A stretch of DNA of 35,868 nt from Burkholderiales bacterium (GCA_035644415.1 DASQOP010000301.1:1-35868); one strand, 5' to 3'. Positions 20,473 to 31,488 are shown, counted from the first letter of the stretch. Notes: generated by a model not told the origin, from the letters alone. Numbers and translations: made by a program.

Positions 20473-20520
20473 GGCCGCGGTATGGCAAGCTGTGCTTGCC
20501 GCCGCGGCCTTTCACTTTTA
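20473..20520 (+). terminator. strong hairpin plus T-rich tract between aceA and aceB
   Basis: GGCCGCGG-tat-GGCAAGC tgt GCTTGCC-g-CCGCGGCC gives 15 bp with a small internal loop, followed by TTTCACTTTTATCATTT. Confidence 0.7.
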
Positions 20521-20578
20521 TCATTTCGCGAATTTATTTTTCACAATGTAAAAAACTCGAACCAACCGGAAGCCCCAA

Positions 20579-22195
20579 ATGACTCAGCCGAACATCCCCT
20601 CCGGCATGAAAGTGCTTGGACACATCACCCCCGAATACGCGCAGATTCTCACAGGCGGCGCGCTCGCCTTCCTCGCCAAGCTGCATCGGAACTTCAACAC
20701 CCGCCGTCTCGAGCTCCTGGAGCGCCGCGCGCTGCGCCAGAAGGAACTCGACTCCGGGAAGCTGCCCGATTTCCTGGCGGAAACAAAGCACGTTCGCGAA
20801 GCTGACTGGCAGGTTGCGCCGGTACCGCGGGATCTCCAGGATCGACGGGTCGAGATTACCGGGCCAACTGACCGCAAGATGGTGATCAACGCGCTCAATT
20901 CCGCCGCCAACATGTTCATGGCCGACTTCGAAGATTCTTCGACGCCGACCTGGGACAATCAGTTGCAGGGCCAGATCAACGTGCGCGACGCGCTCACTCG
21001 CAGCATTTCCTTCACCAGTCCCGAAGGCAAACAGTACCGGCTCGCCGACAAGACCGCCACTTTGCTGGTGCGGCCGCGCGGCTGGCACCTCTGCGAGAAA
21101 CATGTGGTGGTCGACGGCCAGCCGATGTCGGGATCACTGTTCGACTTCGGCCTGTACTTCTTCCACAACGCCAAGGCACGGATCAAGGAGAGCTCGGGCG
21201 TGTATCTTTACCTGCCGAAAATGGAATCGCATCTCGAGGCGAGACTGTGGAACGACGCCTTCGAGTTCGCGCAGAAGGAACTCGGTGTTCCACAAGGCAC
21301 GGTAAAAGCCACGGTACTGATCGAAACCATTCTCGCCACCTTTGAAATGGAAGAAATCCTGTACGAGTTGCGCGAACACTCGGCAGGACTGAACTGCGGC
21401 CGCTGGGACTACATTTTCAGCTGCATCAAGAAATTCCGGAACCGGAAGGACTTTATCCTCGCCGACCGGCATCTGGTGACCATGGTGAGCCCCTTTATGC
21501 GCGCTTATTCCCTGCTGCTGATCAAGACCTGCCACAAGCGCGGTACCTTCGCGATGGGTGGCATGGCCGCGCAAATTCCGATCAAGAACGATCCCACGGC
21601 AAACGAGGCGGCGCTGGCGAAAGTACGCGCCGACAAGGAGCGCGAGGCCAGTGACGGCCACGATGGAACCTGGGTTGCGCACCCCGGGCTAGTAGCGATC
21701 GCCAAGGAAGCCTTCGACAAGGTCATGAAGACCCCGAACCAGATCCACAAGAAGCGCGACGACGTCAACGTCAGCGCCAAAGACTTGCTCAATTTCCAGC
21801 CCAGGGGGCCAGTCACCGAGGCCGGCTTGTGCACCAACATCAATATCGGCATCCAGTACCTGGGCGCCTGGCTTGCCGGCGCCGGCTGTGTGCCGATATT
21901 CAACCTGATGGAAGACGCCGCGACCGCGGAAATTTCGCGGGCGCAGATCTGGCATTGGATCCGCAGTCCCTTGGGAATCCTGGACGATGGCCGCAAGGTC
22001 ACCAGGGAGCTATTCCGTGACCTGGTACCGCAGGAACTCGAAAAAGTGCGGCAATTGCTGGGCGACAAGGGTTTCGCCACCGGGAAATATCCGGAGGGTG
22101 CCAGGATGTTCGAGGAGCTGACGCTCGCCGAAGACTTTGTCGAGTTCCTCACTTTGCCGGCTTATGACTACCTCATCACGCACGAGCACCGCTGA
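20579..22195 (+). CDS. aceB: malate synthase A, 538 aa
   Basis: Length and conserved blocks (MADFEDSSTPTW, GLNCGRWDYIFS, ASDGHDGTWVAHP) are typical of A-type malate synthase. Confidence 0.95.
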   Translation: MTQPNIPSGMKVLGHITPEYAQILTGGALAFLAKLHRNFNTRRLELLERRALRQKELDSGKLPDFLAETKHVREADWQVAPVPRDLQDRRVEITGPTDRKMVINALNSAANMFMADFEDSSTPTWDNQLQGQINVRDALTRSISFTSPEGKQYRLADKTATLLVRPRGWHLCEKHVVVDGQPMSGSLFDFGLYFFHNAKARIKESSGVYLYLPKMESHLEARLWNDAFEFAQKELGVPQGTVKATVLIETILATFEMEEILYELREHSAGLNCGRWDYIFSCIKKFRNRKDFILADRHLVTMVSPFMRAYSLLLIKTCHKRGTFAMGGMAAQIPIKNDPTANEAALAKVRADKEREASDGHDGTWVAHPGLVAIAKEAFDKVMKTPNQIHKKRDDVNVSAKDLLNFQPRGPVTEAGLCTNINIGIQYLGAWLAGAGCVPIFNLMEDAATAEISRAQIWHWIRSPLGILDDGRKVTRELFRDLVPQELEKVRQLLGDKGFATGKYPEGARMFEELTLAEDFVEFLTLPAYDYLITHEHR

Positions 22196-22228
22196 ATCCC
22201 GCCGGCCCGGCCTTAGCGGGTCTAATCC

Positions 22229-22786
22229 ATGCCGAGGGTTCTCCTCTTCAACAAGCCCTGCGGCGTTCTCTGCCAGTTCAGTCCGAGCGCGGGCAAGCGC
22301 ACGCTCAAGGACTTCATAGCGGTCGCGGACGTCTACCCCGCCGGCCGGCTCGATGCCGACAGTGAAGGTCTGGTGGTGCTGACCGACGATGGCAAGCTCC
22401 AGCACGCCATCAGCGACCCGAAAATGAAGCTACCCAAGACTTACTGGGTACAGGTCGATGGCGAGCCCGATGAAGTCGCGTTGCGGCGATTGCGCTCCGG
22501 CGTCGACCTCGACGACTTCCTCACGCGACCGGCAGGCGCACGGCGCATCGACCAGCCATCCGGGCTATGGGAGAGAATTCCCCCGATCCGCGTCCGCAAA
22601 AGCATTCCGACCAGCTGGATCGAACTGGAACTGCATGAAGGCAAGAACCGGCAGGTAAGGCGGATGACCGCGGCGGCAGGCTATCCGACCCTGCGCCTGA
22701 TCCGCTCCCGCATCGGACCCTGGACTTTGGATGGCATCCTGCCGGGCCAATTCCGCTTGGTCGACCACCAGCAATTGCGGATTTGA
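22229..22786 (+). CDS. rluE: RsuA/RluE-family rRNA pseudouridine synthase (RluE-like, no S4 domain), 185 aa
   Basis: LLFNKPCGVLCQFS and the catalytic-Asp motif AGRLDADSEGLVVLTDDG resemble E. coli RluE. KNRQVRRM motif present. Confidence 0.8.
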   Translation: MPRVLLFNKPCGVLCQFSPSAGKRTLKDFIAVADVYPAGRLDADSEGLVVLTDDGKLQHAISDPKMKLPKTYWVQVDGEPDEVALRRLRSGVDLDDFLTRPAGARRIDQPSGLWERIPPIRVRKSIPTSWIELELHEGKNRQVRRMTAAAGYPTLRLIRSRIGPWTLDGILPGQFRLVDHQQLRI

Positions 22787-22905
22787 AGCGGATTCAGCCG
22801 CTTGTAACCATTTGTGTCAACCGGGCCCATCGGACGGCGTTACTGCACCTGACGCCCGAAGGGTGTCTATACCCCCGGTATAACCAGCCTATGGAGAGTA
22901 CTGAC

Positions 22906-23082
22906 ATGAAGAAGCTATTTGCTGCCCTGATCGCCGCCCTGTTTGCCGCAGTGACTTTCTCGGCGGTTGCTGCCGATACAGCGGTCAACCCGGCTGATTC
23001 GGCCAAGCCCGCGAAATCCGCCAAGAAGCATCACAAGAAGGCGGCAAAAAAGGTTGAAGAAACTGCTCCGGCCAAGAAGTAA
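22906..23082 (+). CDS. small exported Lys/Ala-rich protein, Asr (acid-shock protein)-like, 58 aa
   Basis: Track ORF trimmed to the ATG at 22906 (GGAGAG SD 7 nt upstream). The signal peptide is MKKLFAALIAALFAAVTFSAVAA. The mature part PAKSAKKHHKKAAKK echoes the KKHHK repeats of Asr. A strong terminator follows. Confidence 0.55.
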   Translation: MKKLFAALIAALFAAVTFSAVAADTAVNPADSAKPAKSAKKHHKKAAKKVEETAPAKK

Positions 23083-23105
23083 GCTTCGAAGCGGTTTCGG
23101 CATCG

Positions 23106-23136
23106 AAAGGCAGGCCTTAGGCCTGCCTTTTTTCAT
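23106..23136 (+). terminator. rho-independent terminator (T1) after the Asr-like gene
   Basis: AAAGGCAGGCC tta GGCCTGCCTTT is an 11-bp stem, followed by TTTCATTTCTT. Confidence 0.9.
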
Positions 23137-23148
23137 TTCTTCCGGCGT

Positions 23149-23177
23149 TTGACGCTGTCGCAAAATATCCTTATTCT
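23149..23177 (+). promoter_or_regulatory. candidate sigma70 promoter (TTGACG-17-TATTCT)
   Basis: Hexamers and the 17-nt spacer were read directly. It sits between two intrinsic terminators, 128 nt upstream of the marC ATG. Confidence 0.45.
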
Positions 23178-23236
23178 CTGCCGCGAGGACGGCAAGGAAA
23201 AAGAACCGGCGAACTAACGGCGGCGCGTCCCCGCGG

Positions 23237-23272
23237 AAAAAGGCAGGGCGGCGTCCCTGCCTTTTTTCGTTT
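23237..23272 (+). terminator. rho-independent terminator/attenuator (T2) upstream of marC
   Basis: AAAAAGGCAGGG cggcgt CCCTGCCTTTTTT followed by CGTTT. The stem and flanks closely resemble T1: GAAAGGCAGG...CCTGCCTTTTTTC.TTTC. Confidence 0.8.
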
Positions 23273-23304
23273 CCCTCGGGCTTGGAGCAGCACTGAATCC
23301 CTGA

Positions 23305-23937
23305 ATGAGCGAATGGGCCGACATCCTGAAGTTGACCGTCACGCTGCTGGCCATCGTCGATCCGATTGCCAGCATACCGGTGTTTCTGACCACCACTGAT
23401 GGCGAGTCCAACATGCAGCGTGCACGCATTGCCCGGATCGTGGCGATCACGGTGTTCTGCGTCCTCGGCGCAGCCGCGCTGATCGGCACGGAAATTCTGC
23501 ATTTCTTCGGGATCAGCATCCCCTCTTTCCTGATCGGCGGCGGGATCGTGCTGATGATGATGTCGATCTCGATGTTGCAGGCCAAGGAAAGCAGGATCCG
23601 GCAGACGCCGGACGAAGCCGAGGAGGCGGCGGAAAAACACGCGGTCGCCGTGGTACCGCTCGGCATCCCGCTGCTCGCCGGCCCGGGGGCAATCAGCACC
23701 ATGATCATCGCGACCCACCAGTCGCCGAGTTTCATTTATCACCTCAAGTTGCTGATCCCGGCACTGATCATCGCCGTCGCGGTATGGGCAGCGCTGATCG
23801 CTGCCACCCGGATTTCAAAGCGCCTCGGCAAGACCGGCATGAACATCATCACCCGGGTAATGGGCCTGATCATCGCGGCGATCGCGGTCGAGTACGTTTA
23901 CCGCGGCCTCATCGAACTGTTCCCGAAACTGATCTGA
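23305..23937 (+). CDS. marC: MarC/UPF0056-family integral membrane protein, 210 aa
   Basis: Six-helix profile. N-terminal LLAIVDPIASIPVFL and central PLGIPLLAGPGAIST motifs are characteristic of MarC-family proteins. Confidence 0.8.
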   Translation: MSEWADILKLTVTLLAIVDPIASIPVFLTTTDGESNMQRARIARIVAITVFCVLGAAALIGTEILHFFGISIPSFLIGGGIVLMMMSISMLQAKESRIRQTPDEAEEAAEKHAVAVVPLGIPLLAGPGAISTMIIATHQSPSFIYHLKLLIPALIIAVAVWAALIAATRISKRLGKTGMNIITRVMGLIIAAIAVEYVYRGLIELFPKLI

Positions 23938-24393
23938 GTGACTGCAAAGTTGTGGAAGCCGAACGTGACCGTCGCCGCGATCATCGAGCGCGAAGGAAGA
24001 TTCCTGCTGGTCGAGGAGGAAACAGACGACGGGCTGCTGCTCAATCAGCCGGCGGGTCATCTCGAGGCCAACGAGTCGCTGGTGGAAGCTGCGGCGCGCG
24101 AAGCGCTGGAGGAAACCGCTTACGAGTTCACACCCGAGTACCTGGTCGGCGTGTATCGCTGGCGGCACCCCGACCGCAACGTCACTTACCTGCGCTTCGC
24201 CTTTGCCGGCAGGCTGGGTACGCACCACCCCGAGCGCGCGCTGGATACGGGAATCGTCCGGGCGTTATGGATGACTGCGGCGGAGGTCCGTGCCAGCCGC
24301 AGCCGTCATCGCAGCCCGCTGGTGATTCGCTGCGTGGAAGACTACCAGCGCGGTGCCCGCGCCCCGCTCGATCTGCTGGTGCATCTCGACTGA
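23938..24393 (+). CDS. NUDIX hydrolase, 151 aa
   Basis: The Nudix box is [23 protein letters not shown] (GX5EX7REUXEEXGU pattern). GTG start directly abuts the marC stop. Confidence 0.85.
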   Translation: MTAKLWKPNVTVAAIIEREGRFLLVEEETDDGLLLNQPAGHLEANESLVEAAAREALEETAYEFTPEYLVGVYRWRHPDRNVTYLRFAFAGRLGTHHPERALDTGIVRALWMTAAEVRASRSRHRSPLVIRCVEDYQRGARAPLDLLVHLD

Positions 24394-24406
24394 GCGGAAC
24401 CGGCGA

Positions 24407-25504
24407 ATGCAAAAAAGGCGCGTCGTTGTAGGCATGTCCGGCGGAGTGGATTCGTCGGTCGCCGCCTGGTTGCTCAAGGAACAGGGCTTTGACGTCGTCG
24501 GCCTGTTCATGAAGAACTGGGAAGACGACGATGACGACGAGTTCTGCACCTCGCGCCAGGACCTGATCGATGCGGTCTCGGTCGCCGACCTGATCGGCAT
24601 CGATATCGAGGCAGTGAATTTCTCCGCTGAGTACAAGGACCGGGTTTTCAGCAACTTCCTTGCGGAGTACCAGGCCGGCCGCACGCCCAATCCGGACGTG
24701 CTGTGCAACGCCGAGATCAAATTCAAGGCCTTCCTCGATCACGCGCTCCAGCTTGGCGCCGAACAGATCGCCACCGGGCACTACGCCCAGGTGCGGCAAG
24801 TTGACGGCCTGTTTCAACTGCTCAAGGCCGAGGACGGCACCAAGGACCAGAGCTATTTCCTGTACCGGCTCGATCAGGCACAGCTTTCGAAGACGCTGTT
24901 TCCACTGGGCGCGATGTACAAGCGCGACGTGCGCGAACTGGCGAGAAAACTCGGGCTGCCGAATCACGACAAGAAGGATTCGACCGGCATCTGTTTTATC
25001 GGCGAGAGGCCCTTCCGCGAGTTTCTAAGACGCTACCTGCCGACCCAACCCGGGGACATGGTGACCCCAGAAGGCAAGACCGTCGGCAGGCACATCGGCC
25101 TTATGTACTACACCATCGGCCAGCGCCAGGGACTGGGAATCGGCGGGCGCAAGGACGGCGAAGGCGAACCCTGGTACGTTGCCGGGAAAGACATGACGGC
25201 AAACAGGCTTATCGTGGTGCAGGGCCACGACCATCCGGCGCTGTTAGCAGATGCCCTGAGGGCGACTGACCTGAACTGGATCAGCGACGCCGAACCGCAT
25301 TGTCACTGGGTCTACGGTGCGAAAACACGCTACCGGCAGAAGGACGCCCCTTGCGAGGTCGAGCGCGTCGATCGGGTGCACTGTGAGATCAAGTTCGCTG
25401 AAGCCCAGTGGGCAATCACGCCCGGGCAGTCTGTCGTGGTCTACGAATCGAAGGTGTGCCTCGGCGGAGGAATCATCGAAAGCCCGACCGCAGCAGGCAA
25501 GTAA
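24407..25504 (+). CDS. mnmA: tRNA 2-thiouridine(34) synthase MnmA, 365 aa
   Basis: Track ORF trimmed to the ATG at 24407 ([20 protein letters not shown] contains the PP-loop SGGxDS). Also TPNPDVLCN and [11 protein letters not shown] motifs. Confidence 0.95.
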   Translation: MQKRRVVVGMSGGVDSSVAAWLLKEQGFDVVGLFMKNWEDDDDDEFCTSRQDLIDAVSVADLIGIDIEAVNFSAEYKDRVFSNFLAEYQAGRTPNPDVLCNAEIKFKAFLDHALQLGAEQIATGHYAQVRQVDGLFQLLKAEDGTKDQSYFLYRLDQAQLSKTLFPLGAMYKRDVRELARKLGLPNHDKKDSTGICFIGERPFREFLRRYLPTQPGDMVTPEGKTVGRHIGLMYYTIGQRQGLGIGGRKDGEGEPWYVAGKDMTANRLIVVQGHDHPALLADALRATDLNWISDAEPHCHWVYGAKTRYRQKDAPCEVERVDRVHCEIKFAEAQWAITPGQSVVVYESKVCLGGGIIESPTAAGK

Positions 25505-25537
25505 TTGCCCCTCACACGTCAAGCCCGACCGGAGGCT

Positions 25538-26170
25538 TCATCGACCTTCTAGAACCTGGTGCACAGTCCGACGCAGGTATGGAATCACCTCGCCGGCGAA
25601 CCAGGGGTTGCGTTTGAGCCACATCTGGTTGCGCGGGCTGGGGTGCGGCAGCGGAATGCAATACGGCAGATATTCGCGCCAGGCACGCACTGTGTCGGTC
25701 AGCGTCGACTTGCGCCGGTCGCCGAGGTAGTACGCCTGCGCGTAGCTGCCTATGAGCAGCGCCAAACGAAGTTTCGGCAGATGTGCCAGCAATTGCGGAT
25801 GCCAAAGCGGCGCGCACTCCGGCCGCGGCGGCAAGTCCCCGCCTGCACCGGTCCCCGGGTAACAGAATGCGGTCGGAATGATGGCGATGTGGCGTTGATC
25901 GTAGAAACGTTCCCGGTCGAGTTGCAGCCAATCGCGCAACCTCTCTCCCGATGGATCGTTCCATGGAATCCCGGTTTCGTGCACGCGGCGACCGGGCGCC
26001 TGGCCAACGATCAGCAGCTGTGCGGTAACCGAAGCGCGCAGTACCGGCCGGGGACCAAACGGCAGATGCGCTTCACATACACGGCAGGCATGCACTTTCT
26101 TCAACAACGCTTCTAATTCGCGTCCGCTGCGTTGACCTGGGGCCGCTCTTTTGGCTGTCTTGCGGGTCAC
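25538..26170 (-). CDS. uracil-DNA glycosylase superfamily protein (non-Ung family), 210 aa
   Basis: LLIVGQAPG..GIPWNDPSGERL and the C-terminal LPHPSPRN are UDG-superfamily motif A/B equivalents. Exact family not assignable by eye. Confidence 0.65.
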   Translation of the reverse strand: MTRKTAKRAAPGQRSGRELEALLKKVHACRVCEAHLPFGPRPVLRASVTAQLLIVGQAPGRRVHETGIPWNDPSGERLRDWLQLDRERFYDQRHIAIIPTAFCYPGTGAGGDLPPRPECAPLWHPQLLAHLPKLRLALLIGSYAQAYYLGDRRKSTLTDTVRAWREYLPYCIPLPHPSPRNQMWLKRNPWFAGEVIPYLRRTVHQVLEGR

Positions 26171-26219
26171 CGAAAAACTCCGGCCGCGACTCTCATCGTG
26201 TTAAAATTATTCATACTGA

Positions 26220-27605
<1,386 letters not shown>

Positions 27606-27615
27606 GAATCCACGC

Positions 27616-28254
27616 CTACGATGCGCGCCGAGCGCGCCAGAACTCGATAATCCCCGGCATGAGCGAAAGCACGATGATGCCGACAATGACGAGGGTGAGA
27701 TTGTCCTTCACCACCGGCAGATTGCCGAAGAAGTAGCCCGCGTAGGTCAGCGACGCCACCCACAGCATCGCCCCGGTCACGTTGAAGAGGAGAAAGTGCC
27801 GGTAACGCATGGCGCCGATCCCGGCCACGAAGGGCGCGTAGGTACGGATGATCGGCACGAAGCGGGCAATGATGATCGTTTTGCCGCCGTGCCTTTCGAA
27901 AAAAGCGTGGGTGCGTTCCAGATAGGCGCGTCTGAAGAAACGCGAATCCTCGAAGCGGAACACCCGCGGGCCGAGATAACGGCCGACGGCATAGTTGACC
28001 GAATCGCCGATGATCGCCGCCATGATCAGCAGCATCACCAACCCATGCACGTGCAGTTCTCCGCCTGCCGCGATCGTCCCGGCAACGAATAACAGCGAAT
28101 CTCCCGGCAGGAAGGGCGTGACGACCAGCCCGGTCTCGAGGAATACGATCAAAAACAATACGGCATAGATCCAGTTGCCGTAATTCTGCGCCAGCGCGCG
28201 CAAATGCTGGTCGAGGTGAACGACCAGATCGAGGAAGCCTGCGATCAGATCCAT
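27616..28254 (-). CDS. dedA: DedA-family membrane protein, 212 aa
   Basis: DedA signature [19 protein letters not shown] plus [14 protein letters not shown]. Lies 15 nt downstream of secF on the same strand. Confidence 0.85.
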   Translation of the reverse strand: MDLIAGFLDLVVHLDQHLRALAQNYGNWIYAVLFLIVFLETGLVVTPFLPGDSLLFVAGTIAAGGELHVHGLVMLLIMAAIIGDSVNYAVGRYLGPRVFRFEDSRFFRRAYLERTHAFFERHGGKTIIIARFVPIIRTYAPFVAGIGAMRYRHFLLFNVTGAMLWVASLTYAGYFFGNLPVVKDNLTLVIVGIIVLSLMPGIIEFWRARRAS

Positions 28255-28269
28255 GGCGAATCGGTCGCT

Positions 28270-29199
28270 TTAGACGACGGCTTCCTCTTTCTTCTTCTCG
28301 GGCCTGATGAAATCTTCGCGCGTCACGCCCAGCCACATCACCAGCGGGCTCGCCACCAGCACAGACGAGTAGATGCCGAACAGGATGCCGATGGTCAGCG
28401 CCAGAGCAAAGTAGTGCAGCGTTTCGCCGCCGAATACCAGTATCGAGGTGACCATCAACTGGGTACTGCCGTGGGTGATGATGGTTCGGGACATGGTACG
28501 CGTAATTGCGTTGTTGATGATTTCCGGCGTGCCCGCCTTGCGCATCTTGCGGAAGTTTTCGCGGATGCGGTCAAAAACCACCACCGACTCGTTGACCGAA
28601 TAACCTAGCACGGCGAGCACGGCCGCCAGCACCGGCAGTGAGAATTCCCATTGGAAGAACGCAAAGAACCCCAGAATGATCACCACGTCGTGCAGGTTCG
28701 CGACAATCGCGGAGACGCCGAATTTCCATTCGAAGCGCAACCACAGATAACAGACGATGCCGATGGACACGAGCAACAACGCCAGCGCGCCGTTCTCCAC
28801 CAGTTCCTTGCCGACCTGCGATCCAACGAAATCCACCCGCCGCAGTTCCACTGTCCGGTCGTCCTCGCGCAGCGCCTTGATGACCCGCTCGGACAGCTGT
28901 GCGCCGGTTACGCCCTGCTTGCTCGGCAGCCGGATCAACGCGGTCTGGGAACTGCCGAAACTCTGCACCGTGGCGTCGCTCAAGTTAATGCGGTTCAAGG
29001 CCTCGCGAATTTTCGAGACGTCGGCCGCGTGACCGTAGTTCACCTCCATCACCGTACCGCCGGTAAATTCGACCCCGAGATGCAGGCCTTTGGTCGCCAG
29101 AAAAAACACCGCCAGGATGAAGGTGATCAACGAAATTACGTTGAACACCAGCGCATGGCGCATGAACGGTATATCTTTGCGGATGCGGAAGAATTCCAT
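28270..29199 (-). CDS. secF: protein translocase subunit SecF, 309 aa
   Basis: Typical SecF N-terminus MEFFRIRKDIPFM, GVEFTGGT, and six TM segments. Follows secD. Confidence 0.95.
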   Translation of the reverse strand: MEFFRIRKDIPFMRHALVFNVISLITFILAVFFLATKGLHLGVEFTGGTVMEVNYGHAADVSKIREALNRINLSDATVQSFGSSQTALIRLPSKQGVTGAQLSERVIKALREDDRTVELRRVDFVGSQVGKELVENGALALLLVSIGIVCYLWLRFEWKFGVSAIVANLHDVVIILGFFAFFQWEFSLPVLAAVLAVLGYSVNESVVVFDRIRENFRKMRKAGTPEIINNAITRTMSRTIITHGSTQLMVTSILVFGGETLHYFALALTIGILFGIYSSVLVASPLVMWLGVTREDFIRPEKKKEEAVV

Positions 29200-29237
29200 C
29201 TACTCGACCTCTGCGGAAAGCTCTGGGCGGATGATTC

Positions 29238-31100
29238 TCAGGCGGCCGGCTGACGCCTGTACCAATCGGTGTTGCCGATCGGCAGCTTCTCCAGCCTGCG
29301 ACGGGCCCCGAACGCCAGGTTGACGATGCCGCGGGAAATCACCACCGCACTGAACATGGAAGTCATAATGCCAAGACAGTGCACGACGGCGAAGCCGCGC
29401 ACCGGCCCGCTGCCGAACATGAACAACGCAATGCCGGCAATCAGCGTGGTGATGTTCGAATCGAGGATCGTCGCCCAGGCGCGCTCGTAGCCGGCAGATA
29501 TCGCCGCCTGCGGCGTGGTGCCGTTGCGCAATTCCTCCCTGATCCGCTCATTGATCAGAACGTTGGAGTCGATGGCCATGCCCAGCGTCAACGCGATTGC
29601 CGCAATGCCCGGCAACGTCAGCGTAGCCTGCAGCATGGACAGCAGCGCCACCAGCAGCATCAAGTTGGCTGACAGCGCGAGTACCGAGATCACGCCGAAT
29701 ACGTTGTAGTACACGATCATGAAAATGGCGATCGCGGTAAAGCCGATCAGTGTCGAATCGAAGCCGCGCTTGATATTGTCGGCACCCAGGCTCGGACCGA
29801 CCGTGCGTTCCTCGACGATTTCCATCGGCGCCGCCAGCGCGCCGGCGCGCAGCAACAGTGCCACGTCGCGCGCCTCGGTCGTGGTCATCCGGCCGCTGAT
29901 CTGAACGCGTCCGCCCGGAATCTCCGAACGGATCACCGGCGCCGTCACGACTTCTCCCTTGCCCTTTTCCACCAGCACCATTGCCATACGCTTGCCAATA
30001 CTCTCGCGCGTGATCTGCTGGAAAATCGTTGCGCCGCGGCCGTCCAGATTTATGTGCACTGCCGGCTCGCCGGTCTGGTTGTCGAATCCGGGCTGTGCGT
30101 CCGATATGCGATCCCCGGTGAGAATCACTTCGCGCTTGAGCAGATACGGCACCCCTTCACGGTCGTAAAGCAGTTCGTCTCCGAACGGCACCTGCCCGCC
30201 GACCGCCGCCTGCAACGACGCGCTGTCGCTGTGCTCCTCATCCACCATCCGTACTTCCAGGGTCGCGGTACGGCCGAGAATATCCTTGGCCTTGGCGGTG
30301 TCCTGCACACCCGGCAGTTGCACTACCACCCGATCCAGTCCCGCTTGCTGCACGATCGGCTCCGCCACGCCGAGTTCGTTTACACGATTGCGCAGGGTCG
30401 TGATGTTCTGCTGCAGCGCGAAGTCCTGGATTCGCTTCCGCACTTCGGGCTTCAGGGAAGCCGTAACCAGAAACTCGCTGCCGGAGTCGTCAGGCTTGAG
30501 CAGCAGATCCGGATTCTGGCGCTGGATTTCTGCGGCAGCCTTGTCGCGCGCTTCGGCATCGCGGAACCTGATCTGCACCGTCTGCCCTTCCCGCGAAATG
30601 CCGCTGTAACGAATTTCCTTGGCGCGCAGCGTGGTCCGGATATCCGCCGCGTAACGGTCCGCCGCCTTGGTCAGCGCGCCGGCCATGTCGACCTGCAGAA
30701 GGAAGTGCACCCCGCCGCGCAGATCGAGGCCCAGGTACATGGGCAAAGCATTTATACGGGTGAGCCAGTGCGGCGAACTCGACAACAGGTTGAGCGCGAC
30801 GACGTAGTTCTCGCCCAGCGCACTCTGCAGGACGTCCTTGGCCTTGAGTTGGGTGTCGGTGTTGCCCAGACGCACCTTGATGCTGTTTGTTTCGAGGAAA
30901 ACGCCGTCCGGAACAATGTTGGCCTGCGCCAGCGCCTGTTCCACGCGCGTGCGCAGCGCTTCATCGATTTTTGCGGTGGATTTACCGGGGGAGATCTGCA
31001 CCGCCGGCACTTCCCCGAAGAAGTTGGGCAGGGTGTAGAGAAAGCCGACGACCAGGGCGACGGCGATGATGACGTACTTCCAGAGCGGATAGCGGTTCAT
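29238..31100 (-). CDS. secD: protein translocase subunit SecD, 620 aa
   Basis: MNRYPLWKY N-terminus, a large periplasmic domain (LGLDLRGGVHF), and a C-terminal six-TM bundle. Confidence 0.95.
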   Translation of the reverse strand: MNRYPLWKYVIIAVALVVGFLYTLPNFFGEVPAVQISPGKSTAKIDEALRTRVEQALAQANIVPDGVFLETNSIKVRLGNTDTQLKAKDVLQSALGENYVVALNLLSSSPHWLTRINALPMYLGLDLRGGVHFLLQVDMAGALTKAADRYAADIRTTLRAKEIRYSGISREGQTVQIRFRDAEARDKAAAEIQRQNPDLLLKPDDSGSEFLVTASLKPEVRKRIQDFALQQNITTLRNRVNELGVAEPIVQQAGLDRVVVQLPGVQDTAKAKDILGRTATLEVRMVDEEHSDSASLQAAVGGQVPFGDELLYDREGVPYLLKREVILTGDRISDAQPGFDNQTGEPAVHINLDGRGATIFQQITRESIGKRMAMVLVEKGKGEVVTAPVIRSEIPGGRVQISGRMTTTEARDVALLLRAGALAAPMEIVEERTVGPSLGADNIKRGFDSTLIGFTAIAIFMIVYYNVFGVISVLALSANLMLLVALLSMLQATLTLPGIAAIALTLGMAIDSNVLINERIREELRNGTTPQAAISAGYERAWATILDSNITTLIAGIALFMFGSGPVRGFAVVHCLGIMTSMFSAVVISRGIVNLAFGARRRLEKLPIGNTDWYRRQPAA

Positions 31101-31155
31101 GTAGGGTCCGTGCGGCGCGCAGCGTCAAGCGTGAGGATTGGCGGACTGTCGCTCT

Positions 31156-31488
31156 TCAGCCTTGACCGGCGGTCTTGACGGTTCCCTTGGGCAGCAGGGT
31201 CGTGATCGAGGGCTTCTGAACCTGGATTTCGATGTTCGGAGCAATTTCCACCGACACGAAGTTATCGCCCACCCTGGTAATTTTTCCGAGGGCGCCGCCA
31301 GCGGTGACCACTTCGTCCCCCTTCTGCAATCCGGCAAGCATGGACCGATGTTCCTTGGCTCGCTTGGCCTGCGGGCGGATCAGCAGGAAGTACAGCAGAA
31401 CGAACATCAGGATGAGGGGCAGGAGTCCGAAAAGGTCCATGCCTCCCGCGGCCGGCGCGGCCTGCGCAAACGCATTACTGATCAACAC
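31156..31488 (-). CDS. yajC: preprotein translocase subunit YajC, ~110 aa
   Basis: Start set at the GTG at 31488 (V/M-LISNAFAQAAP.., a conserved YajC N-terminus) with a GGAGGA SD 5 nt upstream. TM segment plus LLIRPQAKRAKEH motif. The track ATG at 31533 is probably an over-extension. Confidence 0.85.
   Translation of the reverse strand: MLISNAFAQAAPAAGGMDLFGLLPLILMFVLLYFLLIRPQAKRAKEHRSMLAGLQKGDEVVTAGGALGKITRVGDNFVSVEIAPNIEIQVQKPSITTLLPKGTVKTAGQG

Noticed and set aside
23181-23272. I asked whether the marC leader, the folE2/queA/tgt upstream regions or the aceB spacer match known riboswitches (preQ1, ZTP, glycine, guanidine-III, fluoride, Mn).
   Set aside because: By eye none of the conserved cores of these classes is present. 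The GAGGACGG..AACCGG stretch only superficially resembles guanidine-III. A proper cmsearch is required before concluding either way.
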